Below are positions 24,225-37,939 of a DNA stretch of 64,000 bases, in pieces. Both the position numbers and the translations under genes were made by a program. Below the pieces are notes generated by a model. The model saw nothing but the letters and a program-made list of their open reading frames with translations, was not told the DNA's origin and did not search any database. The number at the start of each line of letters is the position of its first letter. Positions within the stretch are counted from its first letter, which is position 1. This DNA comes from Octopus sinensis (taxonomy: Eukaryota): assembly GCF_006345805.1 (NCBI RefSeq), contig NC_043003.1, positions 15,252,001-15,316,000 on the forward strand, given 5' to 3'.

Positions 24225-24398
24225 TAGTCGAACAAATCGCCCCCAGGACTTATCCTTTGTAAGGCTAGTACTTATTCTATTGGTCTCTTTTGCCGAACCG
24301 CTAAGTTACGGGGACGTAAACACACCAGCATCGGTTGCCAAGCGATTTTGGGGGAGACAAACACAGACGCACAAACATATACACGCACATACATACTT

Positions 24399-24441
<43 letters not shown>

Positions 24442-24617
24442 CATACATATATACGACAGGCTTCTTTCAGTTTCCGTCTGTGAAATCCACTCACAAGGCT
24501 TTGGTCGGCCTGAGGCTATAGTAGAAGACACTTGCCCAAGGTGCCACACATTAGGACTGAACCCGGAACCATGTGGTTGGTAAGCAAGCTACTTACCACA
24601 CAGCCACTCCTACGCCT
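24225..24617 (-). mobile_element. SINE family A
   Basis: Family A match, truncated by the gap. Confidence 0.9.
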
Positions 24618-24949
24618 ATACTCACGAAATGAAAAAAGAAGCGATGATGACAACCAATTGAAAACTGGGATCGATGTATTAAACTTGCCCTTCTCTCCCG
24701 AAATTGCTGGCCTTGCGCTAAAACTTGAAACCAAACCAATATGTACACTAAGCGTCCTGCCCCTCCCCTGCACCCATTAATTCTATCAGGGATTTCTTAT
24801 TCAGAAAATAGACGAACCCTATTTCGGATTATCCTCACCACCGACACTACTACCACAGCCACCACCACCAGCAGCACAACCACCACCACCAACTTCAGTG
24901 GTCATATCAGTAGCAGCAGAACCATCAAAAGTACCATGAGCACCTCTAC

Positions 24950-25182
24950 CTATTTCTTTATTACCCACAAGGGGCTAAACACAGAGGGGACAAACAAGGA
25001 CAGACAAACGGATTAAGTCGATTAAATCGACCCCAGTTCGTAACTGGTATTTAATTTATCGACCCCGAAAGGATGAAAGGCAAAGTTGACCTCGGCAGAA
25101 TTTGAACTCAGAACGTAGCGGCAGGCTAAATAGCGCTAAGCATTTCGCCCGGCGCGCTAACGCTTCTGCCAGCTCGCCACCT
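24950..25182 (-). mobile_element. SINE family B
   Basis: Family B match. Confidence 0.9.
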
Positions 25183-25260
25183 TAATGAGCACCACTACCG
25201 CCACCACGACCGCCATGACCATCGCCATCACCATCACCATCACAATTACCCCTGCCAATG

Positions 25261-25291
<31 letters not shown>

Positions 25292-25655
25292 TATCATCAT
25301 CACTCTCGCCGTCGCCCTCTTTGCCGTCATTGATTTCATCATACCCTATATTTAGAATACAAAAAAACGACTACTTCCCCTCCATTGAAATCACCTTTTT
25401 TAAAGGACATTTTACTCTACCCACCATTCTCTCTCACTCCTTTTCTCTTTTTAGCCCTTTCGGGTTTACAACCCGTCTCAATTCCTTTGTCAAGTTCTTT
25501 TCTTAATCCTCACTCCACCCCGCTGCACACGTTCGTCTTCTTTGTTATTCCTCTCGGGTCAAGCAATTGTGTTTATGTATTTATGTCGACCACTGGAGCG
25601 GCAAGCTGAATAAATCAACCGGGTTTAGCAATAAATCTGATGAGGGGAGGGGATA

Positions 25656-26135
<480 letters not shown>

Positions 26136-26247
26136 GTATTAATGATAACTGTCGCCGTCGCCCTCTTGGTCGTTATTGATTTCATCATACCCTATATTTA
26201 GAATACACCCCCCCCCAAAAAAAAACGACTACTAAAGGGGCAATTGA

Positions 26248-26655
26248 AGGCGGCGAGCTGGCAGAAACGTTAGCACGCCGGGCGAAATGCATAGCTGTAT
26301 TTCGTCTGCCGTTACGTTCTGAGTTCAAATTCTGCCGAGGTCAACCTTGCTTTTCATCCTTTCGGGATCGATAACTTAAGTACCAGTTACGCACTGGGGT
26401 CGATGCAATCTACTTAATCCGTTTGTCTGACCTTGTTTGTCCCCTCTTTGTTTAGCCCCTTGTGGATAGTAAAGAAATAGGTATTTCGTCTGCCGCTACG
26501 TTCTGAGTTCAAATTCCGCCGAGGTCGACTTTGCCTTTCATCCTTTAGGGGTCGATAAATTAAGTACCCTGTTATGCACTGGGGTCGATGCAATCTACTT
26601 AATCCGTTTGTCTGACCTTGTTTGTCCCCTCTTTGTTTAGCCCCTTCCGGGTAGT
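26248..26655 (+). mobile_element. SINE-B dimer (full copy plus head-truncated copy)
   Basis: Junction ..TAAAGAAATAGG|TATTTCGTCTGCC at ~26482. Confidence 0.85.
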
Positions 26656-26769
26656 ATAGAAATAGGTATTAATGATAACTGTGGTGCTCCAGCATGAGCG
26701 CAGCTGCATGGCTAAAACGAATAAAATGATGATGATGATGATGATGCCACCGCCGCTGCTACTGATAAC

Positions 26770-26978
26770 TGCTGATGTAATCTGGATGGAGTAACTGCAG
26801 ATTTCTGAATAATTCAGCATAGGTGTTCTCTTTTCCACTGATCTTCAGCTTCGTGCTAAAATTCACCGGGCAGCTAATTTCCACAACTGTGTAGAGTTTC
26901 TCTTCTCTATCCCAAATCATTATATCAGGTCTGTTGTGCTTACATTTTATTGAGGTCTTCACTGGTACATTCCAACGT
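26770..26978 (-). mobile_element. R4/Dong-like restriction-like endonuclease fragment
   Basis: WNVPVKTSIKCKHNRPDIMIWDREEKLYTVVEISCP (PD..D/E-type motif). Confidence 0.75.
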
Positions 26979-27439
26979 ATGTATGTATGTATGTATGTAT
27001 GTATGTATGTATGTATGTATGTATGTATGTATGTATGTGTGTATGTATGTATGTGCATGTATTTGTGTCTGTGCTCGTCCCCCACAATAACTACCTGAAA
27101 ACTGGTGTTGGTGTGTTTACGTCCCCTAACAAAACGGCTCGGCAAAAAAGACCGATAGAATAAGTACTAGGCTTAGAAAAAAATCAAGTACTGACTTCAA
27201 ATTTCCGAGATAGACCAATATTCTATCATAGGTTTCCGCTACTGGCTTTGCTCATGCTGGGGCACAGCCATTAGTATTAATGCTTGCTGATTTTGGATTC
27301 ATTTTCCGTCTTCGGAATCAGCTCTGGTGAAGTAGTGGTTTCGACCGAGTTGCTTTTCTTAGCGCCTCCTGTCGTAAAATGGTTTCATCTGGTGCATCAA
27401 ATGAAAATTGGCAAATTCTTCCATGAGCACATCCAGAAC

Positions 27440-28690
27440 TTCCCTTCGGACCTTTGAGCCCTTAGCTGTCACAGTACTGAGTCATTACTCTGGCCGGAGA
27501 TGGTGAGTCTCTGGCACTATGCAGTGGGGTTCAGTCCATTTATTGGTATCTTGTACCAAAGGAGTTGAAGCGGCTCATATGGGTTCGGGACTCTATTCAA
27601 ACCTTGGTGTCTTGCAAACAACTTGCACATGCAAGTGCTACCAGTTAAAAGCTCCGTATATCGGAAGCTAGCAAGTGTATGGGGTCATCAGGAGAGAATG
27701 CGCGCCGTTTCGGGGCCTACCTCTCGACGGCATCAATGCGCACCGGCCCCCCTCACTGATATGAGGCCCCGCTTGCTTGATCAGCTGGTTATGAAGAACT
27801 CAATATACTTCTAGCCATCGCTCATCGTCTCTTTTTAACCAAATCCAGTGGCTAGCCTTCTCCACTGTAGATTGGATATCAGTCATGTTGGTATTGACTT
27901 TACGATGAGTTAGGCCTAGCGATAACAACAGTCGTCTCACAACTTCAATATTCCTGCCTGCGATGTAGATGAGATGGAATCAATGAAGGACTGGGTCTTT
28001 GTCTTGATCCAAGAGACTGTAAGGTCAAGTGGCACCGATTCCTCACTCTGTGAAAGGAGAGTGTCCCTTAAACCACACAGAAATACAGCAAGAATAATTG
28101 CGCCATCAGTAAAATCTGGGTTTGTAATCCAAGTTTCGACAATGAGTGCACCACATTTGGCCCAGTATCCAATCGGCCAAGTATCCAATCCATGCATATT
28201 TTGGACAGAGTGGAAGCCAAAACACCACCCTAACGGACCCCAAATCTAACTGGGAAAAAGTCAGATGTTGAGCCCCAATTCCAACTGCATTGTTCAAGGC
28301 CATCACCAGGCCAATCAGCTGAGGAGGTATACCGTGCAGCTCCAGGATCTTCCAATGCACATCTCTGTCCACCGGGTCAAATGCCGCGCTGAGGTAGACA
28401 TAGGCTGCAAGTAGCTCCTACCGAAAGCACTGCTTGCGTTCAGTGAGTACACGGAGAACCAAGATCCTGCCAGGAGTTGATTTCTTTGGCGTGAACCCTG
28501 GCTGCTCCGGTCGCTGATGCAATCAGATGATTTCGTACTCTTTTCAGGACGACCCAAGCAAAGATCTTTCCGGGTACTGTGAGGAGTGTAACGGCTCTAT
28601 AATTGCTGCAGTCGGGGCGGTCATTTTTACTTTTCCAGAATAGGATGATGCCCCTCTTCCACTCAGGCCATATGATGCCGCTGCTCAAGA
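27440..28690 (-). mobile_element. Degenerate RTE-clade LINE RT fragment
   Basis: WKRGII..DCSNYRAVTLLTVPGKIFA, HWKILELHGIPPQLI, GVR*GGVLAS, DFTDGAIILA, VSWIKTKTQ. Confidence 0.8.
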
Positions 28691-28786
28691 TTAAGCCTAT
28701 GTATATATATAAATTTCAGTTTCAAGAACAGATTATTGTCAGTTAGTGTATAGGAATATAACTATGCAACTATACTCAATAATTGT

Positions 28787-29140
28787 GGAGGCGCGTGGCT
28801 TAGTGGTTAGGGTGTCAGCACCATGATCGTAAGATTGTGGTTTCGGTTCCTGGACCGGGCGACGCGTTGTGTTCTTGAGCAAACCACTTCATTTCACGTT
28901 GCTCCAGTCCACTCAGCCGGCAAAAATGAGTAACGCTGCGATGGACTGTCGTCCCGTCCAGCTGGGGAACACATACGCCATTAAAACCGGGAAACCGAGC
29001 CCATGAGCCTCGCTAGGTTTTAAAAGGGCGCATTTATTTGTGTCTGTGGAGTGCTCAGCCACTTGTACGCTAATTTCACGAGCAAGCTGTTCCATTGATC
29101 GGATCAACTGGAACCCTCGTCGTCGTAACTGACGGAGAGC
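28787..29140 (+). mobile_element. tRNA-derived SINE with a distinct body and a family C-type tail
   Basis: Head GGAGGCGCGTGGCTTAGTGGTTAGG; 3' TGTGGAGTGCTCAGCCACTT..GGATCAACTGGAACCCTCGTCGTCGTAAC shared with family C. Confidence 0.75.
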
Positions 29141-29451
29141 CAGTTATAATAATTATAAGCTTAGAGCTTATAAGCGATCATCTTGTATTGGCTAAAGAAA
29201 ATAGTCTAATATTGGGGGCACATAAGCCCTCGACGGAAAATAAATGGGTTTCAGTACACAGGGGAAGCGAACCCACACCTCATATATTCCCATGCGTACT
29301 ATTAACCATTTTTTCCCACCGAAGGCTTTTATGCCCTAATAGTTTCTTTAGCCAATACACGGCGATGGCTTATAAGCTTATTATTATTATTATTATTATT
29401 ATTTTATTATTATTATTATTTACAGAATTTAATAATTATTTGTATGTAACA

Positions 29452-29619
29452 AGCTTGGCTGTGTGGTAAGAAGTTTGCTTCTCAACCTCAAGGTTCGGGG
29501 CTGAGTTCCACTGCGTGGCACCTTGGGCAACGGTGTCTTCTGCTATTGCCTCAGGCCAAACAAAGCCATGTGAATGGATTTCGTTGGCGGAAACTGAAAG
29601 AAGCCTGTCGTGTATATAA

Positions 29620-29675
<56 letters not shown>

Positions 29676-30133
29676 TCTTTATGTCTGTGTGTGTCTCCTA
29701 CCAACGCTTGACAACCAGTGTTAGTGTGCTTACGTCGCCGTAACTTAACGGTTCGGCAAAAGATATCGAGAGAAAAATACCAGGATTAAAACAAACAAAA
29801 ACAAAACAAAACAAAAAACAAACAAACAAAAAACATATAAGTACTTGGGGCGATTCGTTCGACTAAATTTCTTCAAAGAGGTGCCCCAGCTCGGTCGGAG
29901 TCTACTTCTTTACTACCCACAAGGGGCTAAACATAGAAGGGACAAACAAGAACAGACAAACGGATTAAGTCGATAACGTCGACCCCAGTGCGTAACTGGT
30001 ACTTATTTAATCGACCCCGAAAGGATGAAAGGCAAAGTCGACCTCGGCGGAATTTGAACTCAGAACGGAGCGGCAGACGAAATACGGCTACGCATTTCGC
30101 CCGGCTTGCTAACGTTTCTGCCAGCTCGCCGCC
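29452..30133. mobile_element. SINE-A (29452-29890, plus) followed by SINE-B (29905-30133, minus)
   Basis: Family matches. Confidence 0.85.
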
Positions 30134-30602
30134 TTTTTCGGTCGGAGTCTAACGATTGAAACAAGTAAAAGAATAAAAGAACAGAAATGGAAAGAACTGT
30201 AACATACCAAGAAGTACAGCAGCAATACTTGCACCTACACCACCACAACCACCATCACCACCACCACCACCACCACCACCACCAGGAGTGCTAGTACTAG
30301 AACCTGCACCAGGATCAGCGAAGATGCCTATGGCTAAAACAGCTCCGTCACAGCCAGCAGAACTTCACAGCGGAGCCAATGAGGTAAACAGTTTCGTCTT
30401 GGCGAGTACAGAATCGTTTTGATCGGAAGATTAACCTACTTAACAACTGGCTTGTATATATTTACGTCAAATAACAGGCTCATTAAAAGAGGCAGAATCA
30501 AAGCACACCTCTCTTTCTCTCTCTCCGCCTGCCAGCCCCGCTCTCTAGCTGTTGTTTTCCTGACTTCCATCCCTCTTCCATTTCTCCAACTACCCTTCTA
30601 TC

Positions 30603-30686
<84 letters not shown>

Positions 30687-30693
30687 GTCTGTA

Positions 30694-32642
30694 TGTCCTC
30701 AGAGCGGCTGGTTTCGGTCCCGTCTACCGCAGCTGGATAGCCGCTTTGTAAAGAGGTATCCGTTCGGGAATTCGCGTAAATGGACATCTAACGAGACCTT
30801 TCGACATTGCACGTTCGGTCTGTCAGGGATGCCCCCTCATGCCGCTTCTCTACGTATTGACTCTCGAGCCATTATTGTGGAAGCTGGCAACTCTGAGGGG
30901 CATCCCACGAGAATTGGGATGCGGGACGAGCGTGTCTGCATACGCGGACGACGTCACCGTCATAGTGTCTAGCCACGAGCACATCGAGCTGGTCGGGGAG
31001 ACACTGAAAGACTATGAAGCGGTGACAGGAGCAAAAATCAACCGGAAAAAGTCAGTGGGCTTGCGACTCGGCACCTGGAGAAGCAAGCCCATGCCGTCCA
31101 CCAGCGCCTCCGTCGTGGGACGCTGGACCAACGGTCTGGTCGAGCTGCTCGGGGTCTGGTTTGGTCCGGACCTCCAAATGGAGAAAAACTGGAACGAGAT
31201 AACGAGTAGGGTGGTCACTCTCGCCCGGTAATGGGCCGAGAGGAAGCTGTCCCTAAAAGGTCGGGCGGAGGTGGCGAACTCGTACATCGCGTCCGTCATC
31301 TACTACCGCCTGACCGTCGTGCCTTGTCCTGACCCTACCATCACTAAACTAGAACGCATTCTCTTTCGCTTCTTGTGGAAAGGATGCGTCCCGATGGTCA
31401 GGCGATCCATTTGCTGTCAACATCCGTTAAAAGGAGGGCTGGGCATACCGTGGTTGATGATGCGCAGACACGCGCTGAGACTGCGACATCTCAGGCTCTA
31501 CGCAGACGACGGTGAACAGGTGTGGTCGCCGTTTGTGAGGCACGCTTTCCCGCAACTCGTCTCCATGACTGAACTGCAGTCGTGGATCAAAAAGGAAGGG
31601 CGAATGGCACCGCGAGTGTCGCAGCAACTATGCCGTCCCGGGTCGACCTTGAGTGACTTCAACACAACCAAAGCATTCTATAGGAGATTAGTGGAGGGGA
31701 GGTACAACGACGAGCTCGGGGCGAACCTGGACGTCGACGAGAAATACCTGACTCGCCTGTTCAGGACGACTTTCGGGTTAGGGCCCATGGACAACTTCCA
31801 GAGATCCCTGGCCTGGCAGTGCTACCGAGAAGCGCTACCCGTTCGGGATAAGCTGTACAGACGCGGCTCGAGTAACACGAGGCCGACCTGCCCGAGATGC
31901 GGTCAGAGCGACGAAACCGTTCTGCACGCATTCGTGCAGTGTACAACAATTTCCGACCTTTGGGCTTATGTCACGTGTGGGACGAGTCGTTTTATCAACC
32001 GAGTCTATCGTCAATATTTTCACGCCTCCTTCCATCAAACGGGAAGGAAGAGCTATTTTCATCATCCTTGTGGCTATGGCGAAAGAATGTATCTGGTGGA
32101 CGCGTCTGAAAGGAGTGGAGACAAACACTTTCCTCTCTGGTCAATCACTCATCAACTTCTTCAAGTATCACTTGAAAAGGAAAGTGAGAGTAGAGAGGCA
32201 AGTTTTGCCTCGCGAATGTTTCAAAAAAAGATGGGTGAATGTAGCAAGAATGGCACGTATGAATGACGAAGCTACCTTGAGCATAATCCTATGAACCCGG
32301 AAAATTTAAAACAGAGGGTTACCTACTTGCAAACAAATGTGGTAATATGTAACATTATTGACCGAGGTTACCGTGGTCTTTTCCGTAGGCTTTTCTTCCC
32401 ACGGATAAACCTTATCTGCTTCCCCCTTTACACTTTACGTCATGACACTGAGATACACGATCCCTATTGATCGTTTTTTTCTTTTTCCTTTTTTCTTTTC
32501 CCTATTTTTTCTTCTTTCCCTTTTACAATCCCTTTTGATCGGAAACCTACCTCACCTTTTTTTTCCCTCTCCCCCAAAAAGAAAAGCTCTACTTTGTAAT
32601 CTGTCCCGTCTGTGTGCAGCTCTGTATGGCTAATAAAGAAAC
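30694..32642 (+). mobile_element. Tx1-type LINE copy 2, 5'-truncated within RT, flanked by (ATCT)n (30603-30686 and 32644-32862)
   Basis: GCPL, SAYADDVTV, CPRCGQSDETVLHAFVQC; 3' end GGCTAATAAAGAAAC directly followed by ATCT repeats. Confidence 0.95.
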
Positions 32643-32643
32643 A

Positions 32644-33245
<602 letters not shown>

Positions 33246-33246
33246 A

Positions 33247-33322
<76 letters not shown>

Positions 33323-33840
33323 CTCCTGTCTGTCTGTCCTGATGGTGGTAGTCTGTCTGTCTGCCTATATATCTGTTTGTCTGTCTGTGTCTCCCTTGTC
33401 TCGCTATAACTATAAATCAAACCTTTTTAAAAATTTGTATTATCTCTTTTTTTTATTTGTATATTATGTACTTTCGCCTGATTTAACGCACCTACTACAA
33501 ACTAAAAAAATACAATAAAGCAAACGAACGAATGATAAAAAAATTGAAGAAAAAGAAGAAAAAAGAAAAAAATTGAAGAGAAAGAAGAAAAAAGAAACGA
33601 AAAAGAAAAAAAATGGAAGAAAAAGAAGAAACAAGAAATGAAAAAGAAAAAAATGGAAGAAAAGAATGGGAGGGATGTAAGCTTCATTTGTCGTAAACTG
33701 ACGTACGCATTGTTAAATTCACGGGTATTTACGGGTATATACTCTTGTATTTGTGGACTGCAAAGAGTCATGGGCCACACGTGCATATACATGTGATAGA
33801 ACAAATATCATATGTTGCAAGCAAACATAATTTCGACGGC

Positions 33841-33873
33841 GTATGTATATGTATGTATGTATGTGTGTGTGTG

Positions 33874-33905
<32 letters not shown>

Positions 33906-34067
33906 TGTATGTATGTATGTATGTATGTATGTATGTATGTATGTGTGTGTGTGTGTAGTTGTATGTATGTATGTATGTATGTATGTATGTATGTATGTAT
34001 GTATGTATGTGTATGTGTGTGTGTGTGTGTATGTATGTATGCATGTATGTATGTGTATATGTATGTA

Positions 34068-34101
<34 letters not shown>

Positions 34102-34240
34102 GATGTATGGATGTATGTATGTATGTATGGTGTATGTATGTATGTATGTATGTATGTGTGTGTGTGTGTATGTGTGTGTGTGTGTATGAATGTATGTATG
34201 TATGTATGTATGTATGTATGTATGTATGTATGTATGTATG
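33841..34240. repeat. Compound (TATG)n/(TG)n microsatellite
   Basis: Direct reading. Confidence 0.95.
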
Positions 34241-34474
34241 GTACGGGGGTGTATATAGGGCGACAAAACAACGTGGCTTTGTCGCTTTCATCCGAATCAT
34301 GGTCCAGAACGTTCAATGAAGTAAAAGAATTTGTTAATGTTGTTTACATTGTTAAGGCACATGTCAGGCTTAAGTTTGGCCTTCACTGACAAACCCTCTC
34401 TGGTCAAAAGCCGTCTAATCTACACTCAGCCCGGGTTTAGCGTAGCTTGCATTACATTTGATAATGCTCTCTTT

Positions 34475-34691
34475 CTCTTTTACTCTTTTACTTGTTTCAG
34501 TCATTTGACTGCGGCCATGCTGGAGCACCGCCTTTAGTCGAGCAAATCGACCCCGGGACTTATTCTTTGTAAGCCTAGTTCTTATTCTATCGGTCTCTTT
34601 TGCCGAACCGCTAGTTGACGGGGACGTAAACACACCAGCATCGGTTGTCATGCAATGCTAGGGGGACAAACACAAACACACAAACACACAC

Positions 34692-34785
<94 letters not shown>

Positions 34786-34950
34786 TACGACAGGCTTCTT
34801 TCAGTTTCCGTCTACCAAATCCACTCACAAGGCATTGGTCGGCCCGGGCTATAGCAGAAGACACTTGCCCAAGATGCCACGCAGTGGGACTGAACCCGGA
34901 ACCATGTGGTTGGTTAGCAAGCTACTTACCACACAGCCACTCCTGCGCCT
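34475..34950 (-). mobile_element. SINE family A
   Basis: Family A match. Confidence 0.9.
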
Positions 34951-35237
34951 AATATGTAAAAATAAATAAATAAATAAATAAAAACAAGACAAACGAAAAC
35001 TAAAGACAGGTGTATTTATTTTCTTTAAGACAAGACAAGATGTGATTTGAGGGAAATGTTGCTTCTATTTCTTACAGGTCGATAGATGATATAGAGGCTC
35101 CTTCAATGGTATGAAATAAAGGTGTGTCTGTGTGTCTGTGTGTTTATAGTTGAAATATACAGAAAACAAAAGATGAAGACAGGTAAGAGAACAAGGAGCA
35201 GGTGTATTAGTTTAACGCTCGGGAAGAATGGAAAAGT

Positions 35238-35273
35238 CTTTGACGTTTCGAGCTTACGCTCTTTGACAGAAAG
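35238..35273 (-). ncRNA. Penelope-type minimal hammerhead ribozyme motif (variant core)
   Basis: CUUU-CUGUCAA-A-GAGC guaa GCUC-GAAAC-GUC-AAAG: helix I CUUU/AAAG, helix II GAGC/GCUC, GUC triplet; core differs from CUGANGA at positions 6 and 8. Confidence 0.55.
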
Positions 35274-35334
35274 GATTGAGGGGGAAAATGGAGTGAGATC
35301 GAAAAGAAAAACGGAGAGGGAAAAATGTGTAGGG

Positions 35335-35473
<139 letters not shown>

Positions 35474-35870
35474 AGAGGGAGTCAACAGATGCGATCGAGA
35501 GAATCTCCATATAGAAAACACTTAGCTGAGACCAAATGATTTGAACTCACACGCCGATATCTTCACCGAGGACCAAGTCAGCAGCAAAATTATTAATTAT
35601 TAATTGCTTAATTAATTTTACCCTTTATGATATATATATATATATACAGCTGGGTGGGGGACACATACGCCATAGAAACCGGGAAACCGGAACCATGAGC
35701 CTGGCCAGGCTTGAAAAGGGTGCATAAATAAAAATAATTCATCCAATCGAATTGATAATGCCGTTTAAATTTTTCTTTTTCATTAAACATGATTAGAAAA
35801 GATTGTGTACTATTTATTGCATATATTATTTACATTTGACGGATATTTGTCCTCATCTTGTTTCTTGTTA

Positions 35871-35910
35871 ACACAAAGTTTCGGCTGATATACCCTCCAG
35901 CCTTCATCAG
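35871..35910 (-). ncRNA. Penelope-type hammerhead motif, 5' side truncated
   Basis: CUGAUGA-A-GGCUG gaggguauau CAGCC-GAAAC-UUU-GUGU; perfect 5 bp helix II, helix I partner lost. Confidence 0.55.
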
Positions 35911-36050
35911 GGCATATGGCGTAGTGGTTATGAGCGCGGGCTACTAACCCGAAGATTCCGAGTTCGATTCCAAGCAGTGATCTTAATAATAATCATAATA
36001 ACATCGAAAAATACCTTAGGAATGAGAACCCAGGTTTGAAATATCCGCAA
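35911..36050 (+). mobile_element. tRNA-like SINE head (family D)
   Basis: GGCATATGGCGTAGTGGTTA..GAGTTCGATTCC A/B boxes; no complete acceptor stem; followed by a non-tRNA body. Confidence 0.6.
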
Positions 36051-36175
36051 GACGTAATTCCTCATCTCTTAAATATAGAATTGTTTTTTTTACATCACTT
36101 CCCAATTTTCCATCATTTTCCTGTGAACATCAGTCAACGAATTTGCGAGTCACGCACGCGCAAAACACCAAAATT

Positions 36176-36222
<47 letters not shown>

Positions 36223-36399
36223 GCTTCGTTCCGTCTCTTATCCTCCTAGTATTGTTTTATAGTATAATTATGACGCGAAATTCTCTCCCTTTGCTTTACC
36301 TTCCCCCCTCTCTCTCTCTTCCTCATCCTTCTCTCAGCCGCGTGTCTTCCTCTATCTCTCTCTCTCTCTCTCACTCCTCCTCACTTTCGTCACTGCTAA

Positions 36400-37130
36400 T
36401 CCTTTTGCACGTTGCTTTCAGGCCGTAAGGTCATGTTTCCATGCGCTCGCCAGTACCTCTTCCGTCCCAGCCAGAACAAAGGCGTTTCGTTTGTTTTTTT
36501 CGTTTTTTTTCTTGTTTATTTTTGATTTCTCGTATTGTATTTTATTTCTCGTTTTGTATTTTTTTGTACATGTATTTTTACCTTGTATTTTATTGTTCAG
36601 TTCTATTGTTACGTCCCGTTTGTGTCCCATTTTTTTCGTGCTTGTTTTACCCCTCTATTTTATTTTAATTCTCTCGCAGGAAGGCCTAGTATTGACGAGT
36701 CGTGTCTTATCTTGCCTTCGAAACACGCTACTAGTGACAGCTGATGAAGGGGATTTTTCCTTGTGTAGCATGTCCTGTACCTTGTTTTTCTGTTGTAAAT
36801 AATGTTTTTCCCGTTTTCGTTCTCGTCCTGTTCCACGTCTCTGTCTTTCTGTTGTAACCAAAATGGCTTTTCCGTTTTCGTTCTCGTCCTGTTCCACGTC
36901 TCTGTCTTTCTGTTGTAACAAAAGGGCTTTTCCGTTTTCGTTTCTGTTGAGTTTTACGTCTTTTTGTGGTCCTGTACGTATATATATTTATATATGCATG
37001 GTATATATACATGTAGATGTCGGTACGTACATATATGTTTGTATGTATGCATATATTTTATTTATTACACTATATATATATATATATGTATCTTTCTCTC
37101 TCTCTCTCTCTCTCTCTATCATCTTTTATC
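36400..37130 (+). mobile_element. Probable Penelope-derived non-autonomous element with a degenerate hammerhead (36686-36734) and an internal ~60 bp tandem repeat (36786-36965)
   Basis: CTAGTA-TTGACGA..GAAAC..TACTAG (6 bp helix I); second CTGATGA at 36741; 3' part resembles ~62060-62215. Confidence 0.4.
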
Positions 37131-37939
37131 TTTCACTTGTTTCAGTCATTATACTGCGGCCATGCTGGGGCATTACCTTGACGAAGTTTTAGTCGAATGA
37201 ATCGACTCCAGACAACAAACCAACACCGGATGTCAAGCGGTGGTGGGAGACAAACACAGATACAGACACAAGGCTTTGGTAGGCTCGAGGCTATAGTAGG
37301 AGACACTTGCTCAAGGTACCACGATGTAGTTGGGAAGCAAGCTTCTTAGCACACACACACACACACACACACTTTGCTTTTATCCTTTCGGGGTCGATAA
37401 ATTAAGTACCAGTGAAACACTGGAGTCGATGTAATCGACTGGTACCCTCCCCCAAAATTTCAGGACTTGTGCCTATAGTAGACAGGATATTATTGCGGGG
37501 TGAGTGCGCTAAGCGGTGGTAAGTAAAAATACTAAGTTCATACCAGTTCGAATATGCTAAAGGCACGTTCGGACTTGTAAACAAGCCATTCACCGTCTGG
37601 ATAGGTGGCGCTGCGAGCTGATTTAGGTGTATTTAATTCATAATATCTACAGCGAAGAATTTTCTCTCATCACGACTTCTTTCAATGGCCTCAGGACTAA
37701 AAGTGTTTAAATCACAAAAGTTTTTTTTGGTTTATGTACCAAACCAACCGGAATTTGAGTAAATAGATGGATTTTGAATGTAGATTAAAAATTCGGTGTA
37801 GATCACAAACTATACCATTTGAACTAATGTAGATCACATGCTATACCAGAAACATGTATGTAGATCACATACGACACCGGTACCGACCAAGCTTTGAACA
37901 AAAGAAATTTATCATAAATAAAGTGCTACTGGAATTTTG

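Noticed and set aside
35911-35985. Possible tRNA gene (also heads at 14431, 28787, 61378)
   Set aside because: No complete acceptor stem and each continues into a SINE body.
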